Positions 1 to 9,450 of a DNA stretch of 12,730 nt are shown piece by piece. Within the stretch, counting starts at the first letter, position 1; every line of letters starts with the position of its first letter. The notes under the pieces are model-generated. The model saw only the letters and a program-made list of their open reading frames with translations, ran no database searches and was not told where the DNA came from. The position numbers and the translations under genes were made by a program. This DNA is from Paraspadella gotoi (Eukaryota > Animalia > Chaetognatha), in NCBI GenBank assembly GCA_051294375.1, contig JBJCIZ010000279.1, forward strand, positions 1-12,730, given 5' to 3'.

Positions 1-40
1 ATATTAGAAACTGTACAGGATTGTGAAAATTTTCGACTGC

Positions 41-190
41 TTGGTTAAAAAAAGTCATTCGCCTCTCAACCCAAAGGTCCGGGGTTCTAGCCCGGTGGCC
101 CCCTAGCCTGTAACGCGGTGTTACAGCCTGATCCGAAGCTCAGGGACTGCTTATATTGAACGGTCCTGTCACTAACTCATAACAATAATT
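41..190 (+). mobile_element. tRNA-derived SINE-like fragment
   Basis: TGGTTAA (D-loop/A-box remnant) precedes a T-arm-like hairpin CCGGG-GTTCTAG-CCCGG (79-95) resembling B-box GGTTCGANNCC. Hairpins CTGTAAC/GTTACAG and CCTGA/TCAGG follow, then an A-rich end. No acceptor stem, so not a functional tRNA. Confidence 0.5.
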
Positions 191-580
191 ACTGTCTCTT
201 CAGGAGAAAGAGACAGATTAACTCACGGGTATTGGTCGTCATTCATGTCAGCGTCACAAAAAAACGGTCAATTTTAAAATTTTAATTAACGGTTAAAATG
301 CTAAAATTTTACAGGTTAACCGTTAAAATCGGTTAATTTGCCAACTATCATTATAATGATAAAACTAAGTAACAAAAATATTTTTTTATTTTCAATAAAA
401 ATGAATTAAAAAGAATTCATCAAAAAAATTGTAATAACAAAAAACAAAACAAAACATAAAAAGTCAACTAATGATGGAGGTGGTAAAGTGAGTTAAGCGG
501 AATTAACTTTTTATAATTAAAATTGTCTGTTCCATATCATTTTAAAGAGGGAAATTTTTTTGCTTTTTTTTATTCAAAAT

Positions 581-604
581 GTTAGCCTTCTTCAATGAGA
601 CAAT

Positions 605-654
<50 letters not shown>

Positions 655-996
655 AGAGAATGTTTGATTACATGTTAAGGTCAGTTATATTGAGAAAGGG
701 AAATTAAATAAAAATTAAAATTCAGTTAGTACAGTAAAATACATTTAGGCAATGTAAATAAGTAAGCAGTAATGTGATTAAAATTTGAAACTATGAAAGT
801 AATAAATAGCTACATTGTTAAATAATAAACATTGAAATAAATGAAAGTGAAGGTGAAAATATTAAGTTGATAGTTTATTTCTTCTAATATGGTTAAATTA
901 TAAGAAGAAGAAAGAGCTCTCTCTCTCTCATTATCATATATTGGGAAATTTTACAAACCAAATTTGTACTGAAGAAGGCTAACAACATCGCCGAAA
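581..996. mobile_element. Diverged Penelope-like repeat unit in inverted arrangement (long minus arm 581-918, short plus arm ~919-996)
   Basis: Shares a GA tract, TACATTTAG(G)CAATGTA and AGAAAGAGCTC with the 7247-7728 arm. The two ends carry inverted copies of TGAAGAAGGCTAAC (581-594 minus, 970-983 plus). Confidence 0.6.
969..996 (+). ncRNA. Truncated hammerhead ribozyme core
   Basis: CTGAAGA-A-GGC-(TAACAACATC)-GCC-GAAA; stem III and the cleavage triplet are missing. Confidence 0.6.
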
Positions 997-2145
997 GGTT
1001 AATTAAAATAAATTCATAGTTTAAAATTAAAATTTATTTTTCACTTTTAATACTTACATATATAATGTAAAATAGGGGAAAAAGTTTTGAGAAATAGTTG
1101 ACAGCCTTGCAAAGGAAAACTATATTACTTAAAACAAATAAAACTTTAAATTAGTAAATTTTTAAATTAACCAATTAATTTTACCAAGTTAACCGATTGG
1201 TTAAATTATTTTTAATCGGTGATTAAAGGTTAACCGTTAATCGGTTAAGACCCCAAGTCACAGTACATACATTTTTGTTATTCTAGAAGCCAGAATGAAA
1301 GCGCAATTTATGAGTTGTATCAAAAAACCTTTAATAATACTTTAATACATATAGAAAGCGTTGTGATATTGTGGTATTTTTTAAACCTTTTCATTTTTAG
1401 ATTAATCTTTATCTCAATACTAGTTAATTAATTGCATTAATTACGAAGATCTTGAATAAGGAAAAAAATTTACTATAAAAGGGAAAATTTTTACCTTTTT
1501 TTTGGGCGCTCGACTCATTTGTCCGTTTGCTCATTTGTTCATTTACCATTTGCTTATTCGACGCCGAGATAAGGTTTCGTGCTTCGTATTTTCGCGGTAT
1601 TTTTTTCCCACCTCAAAATTATGTTTTCAGATTATTCAATTCCACGCATAAAATCTAAAATTATCTGCTTTTATTATTCCAATATACCGGCAACACATAT
1701 TAGGTTCTTATCAGCATCAGTACAGAATACACACGCGAACATTTTTTTTTATTAATTTTGTCAACTAGTCTTTCAAGTTTTCACTATGAATGTTGTCATT
1801 GGTCCTCTCTCTTTTCTCTACTCTCTACTTACATTTTTCGTCTTCTCTCTCCAATCTTTTCAACCTCTCTCTTTTCCACTCTTTCTTTGTTCTTCAATCT
1901 ACTCTTGAATTCTCTCCGTTTGGTTCACCCTATCTATTTCTACCCCGACCTCGAAATTTCTCGGCCAAGATTAAAACATCGAAATTCAGAGATCATAACT
2001 TTGCATTTTTTTTCGTGTTATCTTTTTCTTTTCTTGTTTTAGTTTTCTGTTTAATTTTTTTTCCCCAGCATCTCATGTTTATGAATTTAAACCGAATTTA
2101 AATTCTGGGATTCCCGCTCGGAGACCGAGAACGCGGTTAGCGAGC

Positions 2146-2318
2146 ATCTATCCATCCATACTTCCTTTTAACTATCCTATGTAGCTATGAAACCATCCAC
2201 GCTTCTATCCAACCATCCATCGACTTGTAAATAATTATTAATTCGGTTGTCGAAGCAATAATTCATTCTTTCATCCAACTAACCTTGCATCCTTCCAATT
2301 ATTAATCTATCCTTCCTA
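2146..2318. repeat. Degenerate (ATCC)n-like simple repeat
   Basis: Recurrent ATCC/CCAT/AACC units, e.g. TCCATCCATAC, AACCATCCAC, ATCCAACCATCCATC, ATCTATCCTTCC. Confidence 0.45.
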
Positions 2319-3074
2319 CAAGCTTTAAAATCTAGGGGGCGCATTGAGTATAAAAAGGTGAAGAGATAAAACAGATAGAGTCGTGAAACCGTACATTCAA
2401 TGCAAAAAATATTGATTTTTAGAGTAGCTTCGAAACCCAATGGGTTTCCTCCCACATAATCCACTGAGGAAAAACCCCCCAACACAACCATTTCAATTTT
2501 TGACGTCATTCTTTTCTTCTTTTCTTCTCCTTTTTGTTCTTTTTTTTTCTACGAGATTGATTCACCGAAAAAAAATTTTTCTGTGGGACGCCATTTTTTT
2601 TTGTTGACGCGTGCGTCTTTGCATTTTATTTGTGTTTTTCACATTTTTTTCATTTCCAATGTTTTCTTTCCCTTCTGGGTTTTTTTTTTGGTCTTTTTTT
2701 TAATTTCGCGGTTGTTCTTTTTTTTTTGTAATTTTGGTTCAATTGTGAAAAGCCTATCGTCAGGACGAAAAGGGGAAACAGTTCGGTGAAAATAATCTTG
2801 GTTTTTTCCTTTTTTTCTTCTTTCTGAGAAGTATAATATTGTATGCAAAATCGCAAAATCAAAAATGAAGTTTTTTTAGATAAAAAAGCTTTCTTGAACG
2901 AAGAAGTTCTAGATCAAGTATTTTCTTTTAATAAATATTTTTCTATATCTCTCTTTACCTCCTAACTTTTTCTTTCTCTCTCTATATCTCTACTTCTTTT
3001 TCTTTCGATAAAAAAATTATAATAATTATAATCATCCATTCTAATTATAATTTAATGTTTAAAATACGATAATG

Positions 3075-3075
<1 letters not shown>

Positions 3076-3106
<31 letters not shown>
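3076..3106. repeat. (CT)n microsatellite, about 15 units
   Basis: Read directly from the sequence. Confidence 0.95.
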
Positions 3107-3108
<2 letters not shown>

Positions 3109-3860
3109 CTTTCTTTGCCTCAGACATCCGCCGACGACGAAACTTTTTTATCGTCGCATAAATTTCCTTCTTTTCTTCGACGCTTGATTTTGATTTAAAA
3201 CCGAAACCGCGAGTCTGTGTTTACGATAGAGAAGGAAACAGAGGACGAAAAAATATAGGAGGAAAATAATGGAGAGAGGGAGGGGAAAAAAAGGAAAAAG
3301 ATAAAATCATAAATCTTCATAGGAAAAAGTGTAAAGTAAAATACTAAAATAATACTATAACTATTTAAAAAACAAAAACCAAAACACTGATGCTTTCCAT
3401 TGCCAAACTTTATTATTCTTTTTTACTTAATCTTTTTGAAAATCTTATTACTGGTTTTTTTTTGGTTTTTTTTGTTTCATAACTAAAATTTTAGCCCTCT
3501 CGCCAGGAATAAGGAAACATAGAACAAAATTTACGCCGTTATTTACAATTATTAGTGTGTGGTAAGTGCAATCTCAAATCAAATTATTCTTATCGTCTGT
3601 TTTGCAATGGTAAAAATGCTTTTGTTTAGTAGTTTATTGATTCGCGGCCCCTTTGTCCATGACTATCCTACTTCATCATTGCTCCTTTTGTCATCCCCAC
3701 CTTTCTTACATCCACGAGCTTTATTATCTCATTATACGATGAGACTTTACTCCGAGTTTACCTTCGCTAAAATAATGAAGCTGCGACGATGACGCTCTCC
3801 CGAACCCGACGGCGGAAAAATATGAGAGATGAGAAAGAAAAGACAGAGAGAGAGAAAGAG

Positions 3861-3972
<112 letters not shown>

Positions 3973-4062
3973 CATCGAGCGCCAAGCGACTTAAACGAAT
4001 AAACGATGAAAAATGAGGAAACAACTCTGTGTCTATATATTTCGGGATTTTTTAATCAGACA

Positions 4063-4350
4063 TACACGGTGTTCCTAATTGATTAAAATGAAAGTACCAT
4101 GATGTAAAATAAAATTGTCGCAATTTGGAAAAGTCGGTTAATTTCATTGTCAAATTAAATAAATTAAATACTATCTAGGAAAAAAGTAAAACATTTTTAA
4201 TAAAGGATATCTACTCGGAAACTTGTTTGATTTAAAAAAAAATTTAATATTTCCGGATCTATATTAAATTTTCTCTCAGTAGCTTCCTTCCATTTTTTTG
4301 TAGGTCAAACCGTTTAGAAGTTACAGGCCAAAAAATTTCTAAATGGAGTT
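4063..4350. mobile_element. Possible left end of a Tc1/mariner-type MITE
   Basis: TA followed by CACGGTGTTCC resembles the common TA|CAGGGTGTTCC terminus; no partner TIR found. Confidence 0.3.
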
Positions 4351-4386
4351 CTTCATTTGCTCTCTTTAGAATTATAAATATAAATA

Positions 4387-5094
4387 CAGAAGGCTTCATA
4401 TTATAAAATGTGGTACCCTTTTTTGTGACCAGAATATGTTCCGAAAAAAACTATTGAATAGATTTGAATGAAATTTGGTATGAACGATCCCTATGTGAAT
4501 ACAAATAGAAATATCGAGGCGAATTTCAATATTTGACCCCTGAGCCGAGATATGGGGCCCAGTAGGGGTCACTCATGGGGGCAAAAAATGGTCAAAATTT
4601 GTTTTTAATTTTTATTTTTTTTTGTTTTGAACAGTGGCCCAGACGTTTACTCTTCCCCAAAAATGTATTTATTTCCACAAAAATATTAATTGACCATAAG
4701 TTTCAAGTCAGATTTTGAATAATTCTGGAAAATTTGGAGAAAAACGATGAACCATGCCTCTTCAAACACTGATTAATTAGCAAAAAATTTATTAATTTTA
4801 GTTTGAAAAAATATTTTTATATGTTTAAAACATCAATGAACCTCATTCTACTTCAACAAATTTTAAAAAATGAAAAAAAATTTTAGCCTTTATTGGCCCC
4901 CCAGGGGTGCAGCCCCAGGGCCCTGTATCTCTTGTCAGGGGAATGAATATTCTTAAAATTCGCCTCGATAGTTCCATTTATATTGTCATTAGAACTCTAA
5001 ATGTAAAATTTTATGAACCTCGATCCGGTAGTTTGGTGGGAACAGATTCTGGTCAAAAAAAGGGGGTACCACATTTTATAATATGAAGCTTCAG
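4387..5094. mobile_element. MITE/foldback element, Tc1/mariner type, with ~210-bp imperfect TIRs and TA TSD
   Basis: Perfect 26-bp inverted repeat GCTTCATATTATAAAATGTGGTACCC (4393-4418 / 5064-5089) and a further inverted block TATCGAGGCGAATTT (4512-4526 / 4956-4970). TA at 4385-4386 and 5095-5096. No ORF. Confidence 0.88.
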
Positions 5095-5615
5095 TAAAAA
5101 ATCATAACCTTTGTTCACAGAAAAGGTTACCCGGGAGCATTATAACTTTTATTGATACTTACAATATAAAAAGAATATTCTGGCAGCAACCTACAGCATT
5201 AATTTAGTTTTTAATACCGATATTTTTTTGATATATGAATTAAGATTCATCCGATAATCTATCCTAATGGAGATGATGCAATAACTATTTGACATGAGTC
5301 TGAGAAAAGGCCAGGAAATTTTAATAATAACGGTTTAACTCAAAAAGTAATAAAAAAGAACCGAAATCAGTATAAATGAAAAGTAAAGATATGAAAAAGA
5401 TAAAAATGAAGGAAGTGGTCGGCGGTATATTCACACCGCCTCCACGTCCAACCTCGTTCAGCCAAATCCATTGGCTCAGAGAGGGAATCACACCATCCGA
5501 GGCGTAGTGTTCCATCCCACAGGTAGTATGGAGCGATGGCGAAACAATGTTTTTTTGCTGCCTTTGTATATGTAATATAAAATAATTTCAGCCCTCTTTT
5601 AAAAAAAAATTGCAT

Positions 5616-6037
5616 AACAGTACTCATTAATTAAATTTTTTTATAGTAATATCCTTATAAAATCATAAAATTTCCTAAATCATATTTTTTTAATTTTAAG
5701 ACAACAGTTTTGGATTCGCCTGTAAAAAACTAAAAAACTTTAATAAAATATAGTTACATGATATTTTTAGGTTAAAGCTGCCGAAAAATGACCCAAAACG
5801 TTTTCATCATATAAATAGTTTCTACTCACAAAGTGTTAAAAAAGTGGAGAATTTGACCTGGTTTTTTTCCATTTTTGACACTGAAGACATTGAAATTTTT
5901 AATAACATATTTTATATTTTGATCTCACTTTTTATGAAGAATCAGTAATCTTTAATAAAAATTTAAAAAAAAAATTATTTGAAAATTATGATTTATAAGA
6001 ATATTACTATAAATATATTGTAATTAATGATACTGTT
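5616..6037. mobile_element. AT-rich foldback/MITE remnant
   Basis: Imperfect inverted arms of at least 80 bp (5616-5697 vs ~5957-6037), e.g. AACAGTA/TACTGTT and TTTATAGTAATAT (5640-5652)/ATATTACTATAAA (6001-6013). Weaker similarity continues inward. Confidence 0.65.
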
Positions 6038-6130
6038 CCCCAATCAATATAAGCAAAATATTTTTGTACTCTTTAATCATGTTATCTCACGTCTAAATAT
6101 GCTTGTTTGATCACTCAAATAAAATTTCAT

Positions 6131-6490
6131 GCTTCCCGAGTGCCTGCACTCTAATCCACCAGTCCCTTAACCGGACTCTCCCTCCTGCGTTCGTTCAAAG
6201 CGAGGACTGCCTCCTCGCACGAGCTAACCGCGCCCAGTGGACTGGCACTGCGTCACTCTGAGCGGTCTGGGAAGCCCCCAAAGTCAACAGTGAGATGCCG
6301 TATCCCAATGGGCATCACAGGCAACAGGCTGTTGCCGAGATATTACGCGGGCCATATCCTTACAGTTTAAAGTGTTAAACTTGGCGCTGTTTTGGGGAAG
6401 CTAACTATAATTTCACCGCTACTACGCCCTGCGGCGGGCTTCGCCGGGAATCTCATTCCTGGCATATCTCTGCCCCAATTCTTTACGGGG
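6131..6490 (+). other. GC-rich island with extensive predicted RNA secondary structure, unidentified
   Basis: About ten complementary segment pairs read by eye (listed in findings); no convincing ORF on either strand. Confidence 0.5.
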
Positions 6491-7190
6491 ACAAGAAATG
6501 GCCCACTCTTTCTCTTTCAATCGTTCTTTGTTTTTCTGGGCTTCAAGGTATGGCAATGGCGATAACAATAAGGGTCACATATTTAAATTTTTCTTTGCTC
6601 TCTTTTGTGATATTTTTAATCACTACAGGAATATTAAAGACAGAAAAAGTAAGACAAAAAAGACAAAAAGAAAGATATGAAAAAAATTTTACAAAATTTA
6701 AAAAAAAAAAAGAAAAAAAAAATTTTAGGGAAAAAAAGGTTTTATTTTTTAACAATCATGAAACTTTTAACTTCAAATTTCAACGATCTAAAAATGAAAA
6801 AGTTTGACCAAACAATAATTAATTAATCAATCAACGTTGGTATTATCTTTGTTTTTGTTGCCATAAACAAAAAAGTTTGTAAAAATAATTAATTTATTAA
6901 TTAATTACTATGTAATAAACTATTTAATCATTGTTTAACTAATTAATTAATTAATTATCGTTAATGATCATCAGCAGATCTGGCATTCTTGCTTTCTTTT
7001 ATTCTAAGTAAAACTAAAACTTTCAGCTTGAATTGAGAAACAAGAAAAAAAAAATTGTAATGCCAAATAGTAAAAAGATAGAAAATTACAATAACATTAT
7101 AATTTTATATATATATATTTATATATATTATAATTTTTTTAATCTTTTCTTTTTTAAATTTAATTAATCATATTAAATTAACAAAATGTA

Positions 7191-7203
7191 TGATTGGAAA
7201 GTA
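7191..7203 (+). repeat. Left target-site duplication TGATTGGAAAGTA
   Basis: Identical to 8695-8707. Confidence 0.85.
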
Positions 7204-7292
7204 GACATTATGTATATACTCTCTTTTCGTTTGTATTTTGAGTATTAGGAGAAGAAAGAGTTATGGTTTGACAACGATTTTTGACATAATTT

Positions 7293-7340
7293 AGCCAGAC
7301 ATGTTTCGGCTCTCAGTCAGTTAGAGCCTTCATCAGTGCT
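7293..7340 (-). ncRNA. Minimal type I hammerhead ribozyme
   Basis: Minus strand reads AGCA-CTGATGA-A-GGCTCT-(AACTGACTG)-AGAGCC-GAAAC-AT-GTC-TGGCT; predicted cleavage after GUC. Confidence 0.88.
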
Positions 7341-7381
7341 TTGACAATCAATATTGAAGTCTCTGTTAAGTAAGTTTTAGA

Positions 7382-7420
<39 letters not shown>

Positions 7421-8511
7421 TTGAGGGAGAGTTTCCAACAAAGAATAAAGGTAAGGGACAGTGGTCAGATGTGAGGACAGCTGAAAAAATGAAAAGAGAG
7501 TGGAGAGAGAGAGAGAGAGAGAGAGAGAGCAAAGCCAAAAATTAAACAATACATTTAGCAATGTACAACAGAGATAAAGTGTAATAAATAAACCTAAAAA
7601 TAAACTGAACAATAGAAAATAAATAAGTTAGTGAAATAAAGTGAAATTTGAAATAGAAAAGTAAGTGGTGAGGGATAGATAAGTGAAGAAAAGTGAAAGT
7701 AAGTAAAAGAAAGAGCTCAAAAATGAGCAAATGGTGGTGGAATGCCCAGAGCCACCCCAACCGCACAATGATTCCCCTGTCCCCACTCAACGGGTCAGGC
7801 GGAGGCCTCTCAGCAGGCAATGGACGTCCGATACCTTTCCCAAGCCTGTAGCAACTTGGCGCGACTCTCCTCACGCCGAGCGTCGCCCAAAACGACGGCT
7901 ACAGGAGGAGGGAGAGGAGTCTGTATCTCCTGTAGCAAAACAGGCCAGAACAGGCAACTGCCTGCCTCACCGTCAGGTGAGAGGAGGGCTATCGGCAGGC
8001 TGATGAGGCCAAAGGGATATACGAGTAACACTCGGCATTTTCCCAGGCAGATCTCTTCCGGATCCCAGCATGTCAAACTCTACAAGTATACCCTCGCAAC
8101 CTATGACAGGCCAATGACCCGACCTTATCGTCAATGTCCTCCATTTGCCTGGTCGGGGGGGGGCCAGCTTATTTTTGAGCTCTTTCTTTTACTTACTTTC
8201 ACTTTTCTTCACTTATCTATCCCTCACCACTTACTTTTCTATTTCAAATTTCACTTTATTTCACTAACTTATTTATTTTCTATTGTTCACATTTAATTTC
8301 AGTTTATTTTTAGGTTTATTTATTATACTTTATCTCTGTTGTACATTGCTAAATGTATTGTTTAATTTTTGCTTTGCTCTCTCTCTCTCTCTCTCTCCCA
8401 CTCTCTTTTCATTTTTCAAAGACTTACTTCTTCCCTCTCCTCACCTTCAGCTGTCCTCACATCTGACCACTGTCCCTTACCTTATTCTTTGTTGGAAACT
8501 CTCCCTCAATT

Positions 8512-8568
<57 letters not shown>

Positions 8569-8604
8569 ACTTACTTAAACAGAGACTTCAATATTGATTG
8601 TCAA

Positions 8605-8650
8605 AGCACTGATGAAGGCTCTAACTGACTGAGCCGAAACATGTCTGGCT
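8605..8650 (+). ncRNA. Minimal type I hammerhead ribozyme
   Basis: AGCA-CTGATGA(8609-8615)-A-GGCTC-(TAACTGACT)-GAGCC-GAAAC(8636-8640)-AT-GTC-TGGCT; palindromic ACATGT stem III; predicted cleavage after C8645. Confidence 0.88.
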
Positions 8651-8694
8651 AATTATGTCAAAAAATCGTTGTCAAACCAAAACTGTTTTTCTCC

Positions 8695-8707
8695 TGATTG
8701 GAAAGTA
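8695..8707 (+). repeat. Right target-site duplication TGATTGGAAAGTA
   Basis: Identical to 7191-7203. Confidence 0.85.
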
Positions 8708-9450
8708 AAAAAATAGAAAGAGAAAAAGAGAAAGTAAAAGAAAAAAAAGGATTACAGAGAGAGTAAGAGAAAGAGAAAGAGAAAAAAGAGTGATTAAAAA
8801 AAAAGGGAGAGAGAGAGAGAGAGAGAGATAGCTTCCCGACGGAGATTTATGCTAGGGATTGGTGGCGGAATCGGGCTTCAATCTGCGATCCTCTTAAAAA
8901 ATTGTGGTGGGGATTCCCTGTAGTGATTAAAAAATAAACAGTTGTAGGGAACAGTGGCAGAGTGCAGCGAGAACTGTCCCCTTATTGCCAGTTCGAACTG
9001 AGCGTTTATGAGCCGCGTCATACTTGCTGTTGCCATAGAGGCATTTTTTTGGACAACTCATTTTCTTTTGCATGGAACTCTTGTATTTTTTGTCGTACAT
9101 AAATGAAACACAGCTCATATGAATCACAAAAGGCCAAAATTTCTCGATATGTAAATTTTATTTTTCGACTCTCATATAAAAATGGCGAAAAATAGCTGGA
9201 AAGTAACATATCATAAGAAATCCATAATAATGGTCTAATCGATGGCGTATCAGAATTATCGTAATGGTGAGTACATTTTGGGTAATAATTTTATATTTAT
9301 TTTTTTTAATTGTAACTCTTAAGTTTTCTTTATACAATAATCGTCGTCAGATTAGGAAAAAAATCCTGTCCTGAGCATGTTCTTGACTGTTTGAATAATT
9401 TTTTTATATCATAAGGATTCACAGATAATTTTTATTAATATAATGGTGAT

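Larger units (their letters stand above)
264..1265. mobile_element. Degenerate non-autonomous DNA transposon (hAT/MITE-like) with GGTTAACCG subterminal repeats, interrupted by a PLE-type insertion
   Basis: Clusters of (G)GTTAACCG/CGGTTAA motifs at ~285-336 and ~1165-1248; AGGTTAACCGTTAA(AA)TCGGTTAA occurs at both 313 and 1227. No matching terminal TIR pair or TSD found. Confidence 0.4.
7204..8694. mobile_element. Non-autonomous Penelope-like (hammerhead-bearing) insertion: inverted ~500-bp arms around a 438-bp core, with a 13-bp TSD
   Basis: 7247-7728 is the reverse complement of 8167-8694 apart from a few indels; each arm carries a hammerhead; direct repeat TGATTGGAAAGTA at 7191-7203 and 8695-8707. 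Confidence 0.85.
6611..8935. mobile_element. Candidate TIR-bounded element hosting the PLE insertion
   Basis: Perfect 19-bp inverted repeat TATTTTTAATCACTACAGG (6611-6629 / 8917-8935). Confidence 0.4.

Noticed and set aside
60-100. Functional tRNA gene
   Set aside because: No acceptor stem, broken D and anticodon arms, non-canonical T-loop.
1758-2862. Phe/Leu/Ser-rich and Lys-rich short ORFs
   Set aside because: Low-complexity poly-T/poly-A composition, overlapping frames, mostly non-ATG starts and no recognisable domain.
6205-6230. GCCTCCTCGC resembling the HDV ribozyme P3/L3
   Set aside because: The required P3', P1' and P1.1 GG elements do not follow; the segment fits a simple hairpin instead.
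6218-6492. Short word matches to RNase P/MRP RNA (GGGAAG, GAGATGCCGT, CCCAATTC, ACGGGG) and, on the minus strand, to the 7SL 5' end
   Set aside because: The conserved P4 pairing (GUCUGA/UCAGAC or GUCCCCG/CGGGGC) and the SRP S-domain motif are absent.
8000-8040. CTGATGAGGCCAAAGGG in the core, resembling a further hammerhead
   Set aside because: No GAAA follows any possible stem II, so the catalytic core is incomplete.
7313-8597. Hydrophobic ORFs 7313-7612, 7542-7874, 7820-8296 and 8283-8597 with duplicated peptides
   Set aside because: They result from the T/C-rich inverted arms, cross arm-core junctions, and the frame is not kept between copies.
8942-9272. Possible exon bounded by CAG (8939-8941) and a GTGAGT donor near 9267
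   Set aside because: All three plus frames contain stops and there is no polypyrimidine tract.
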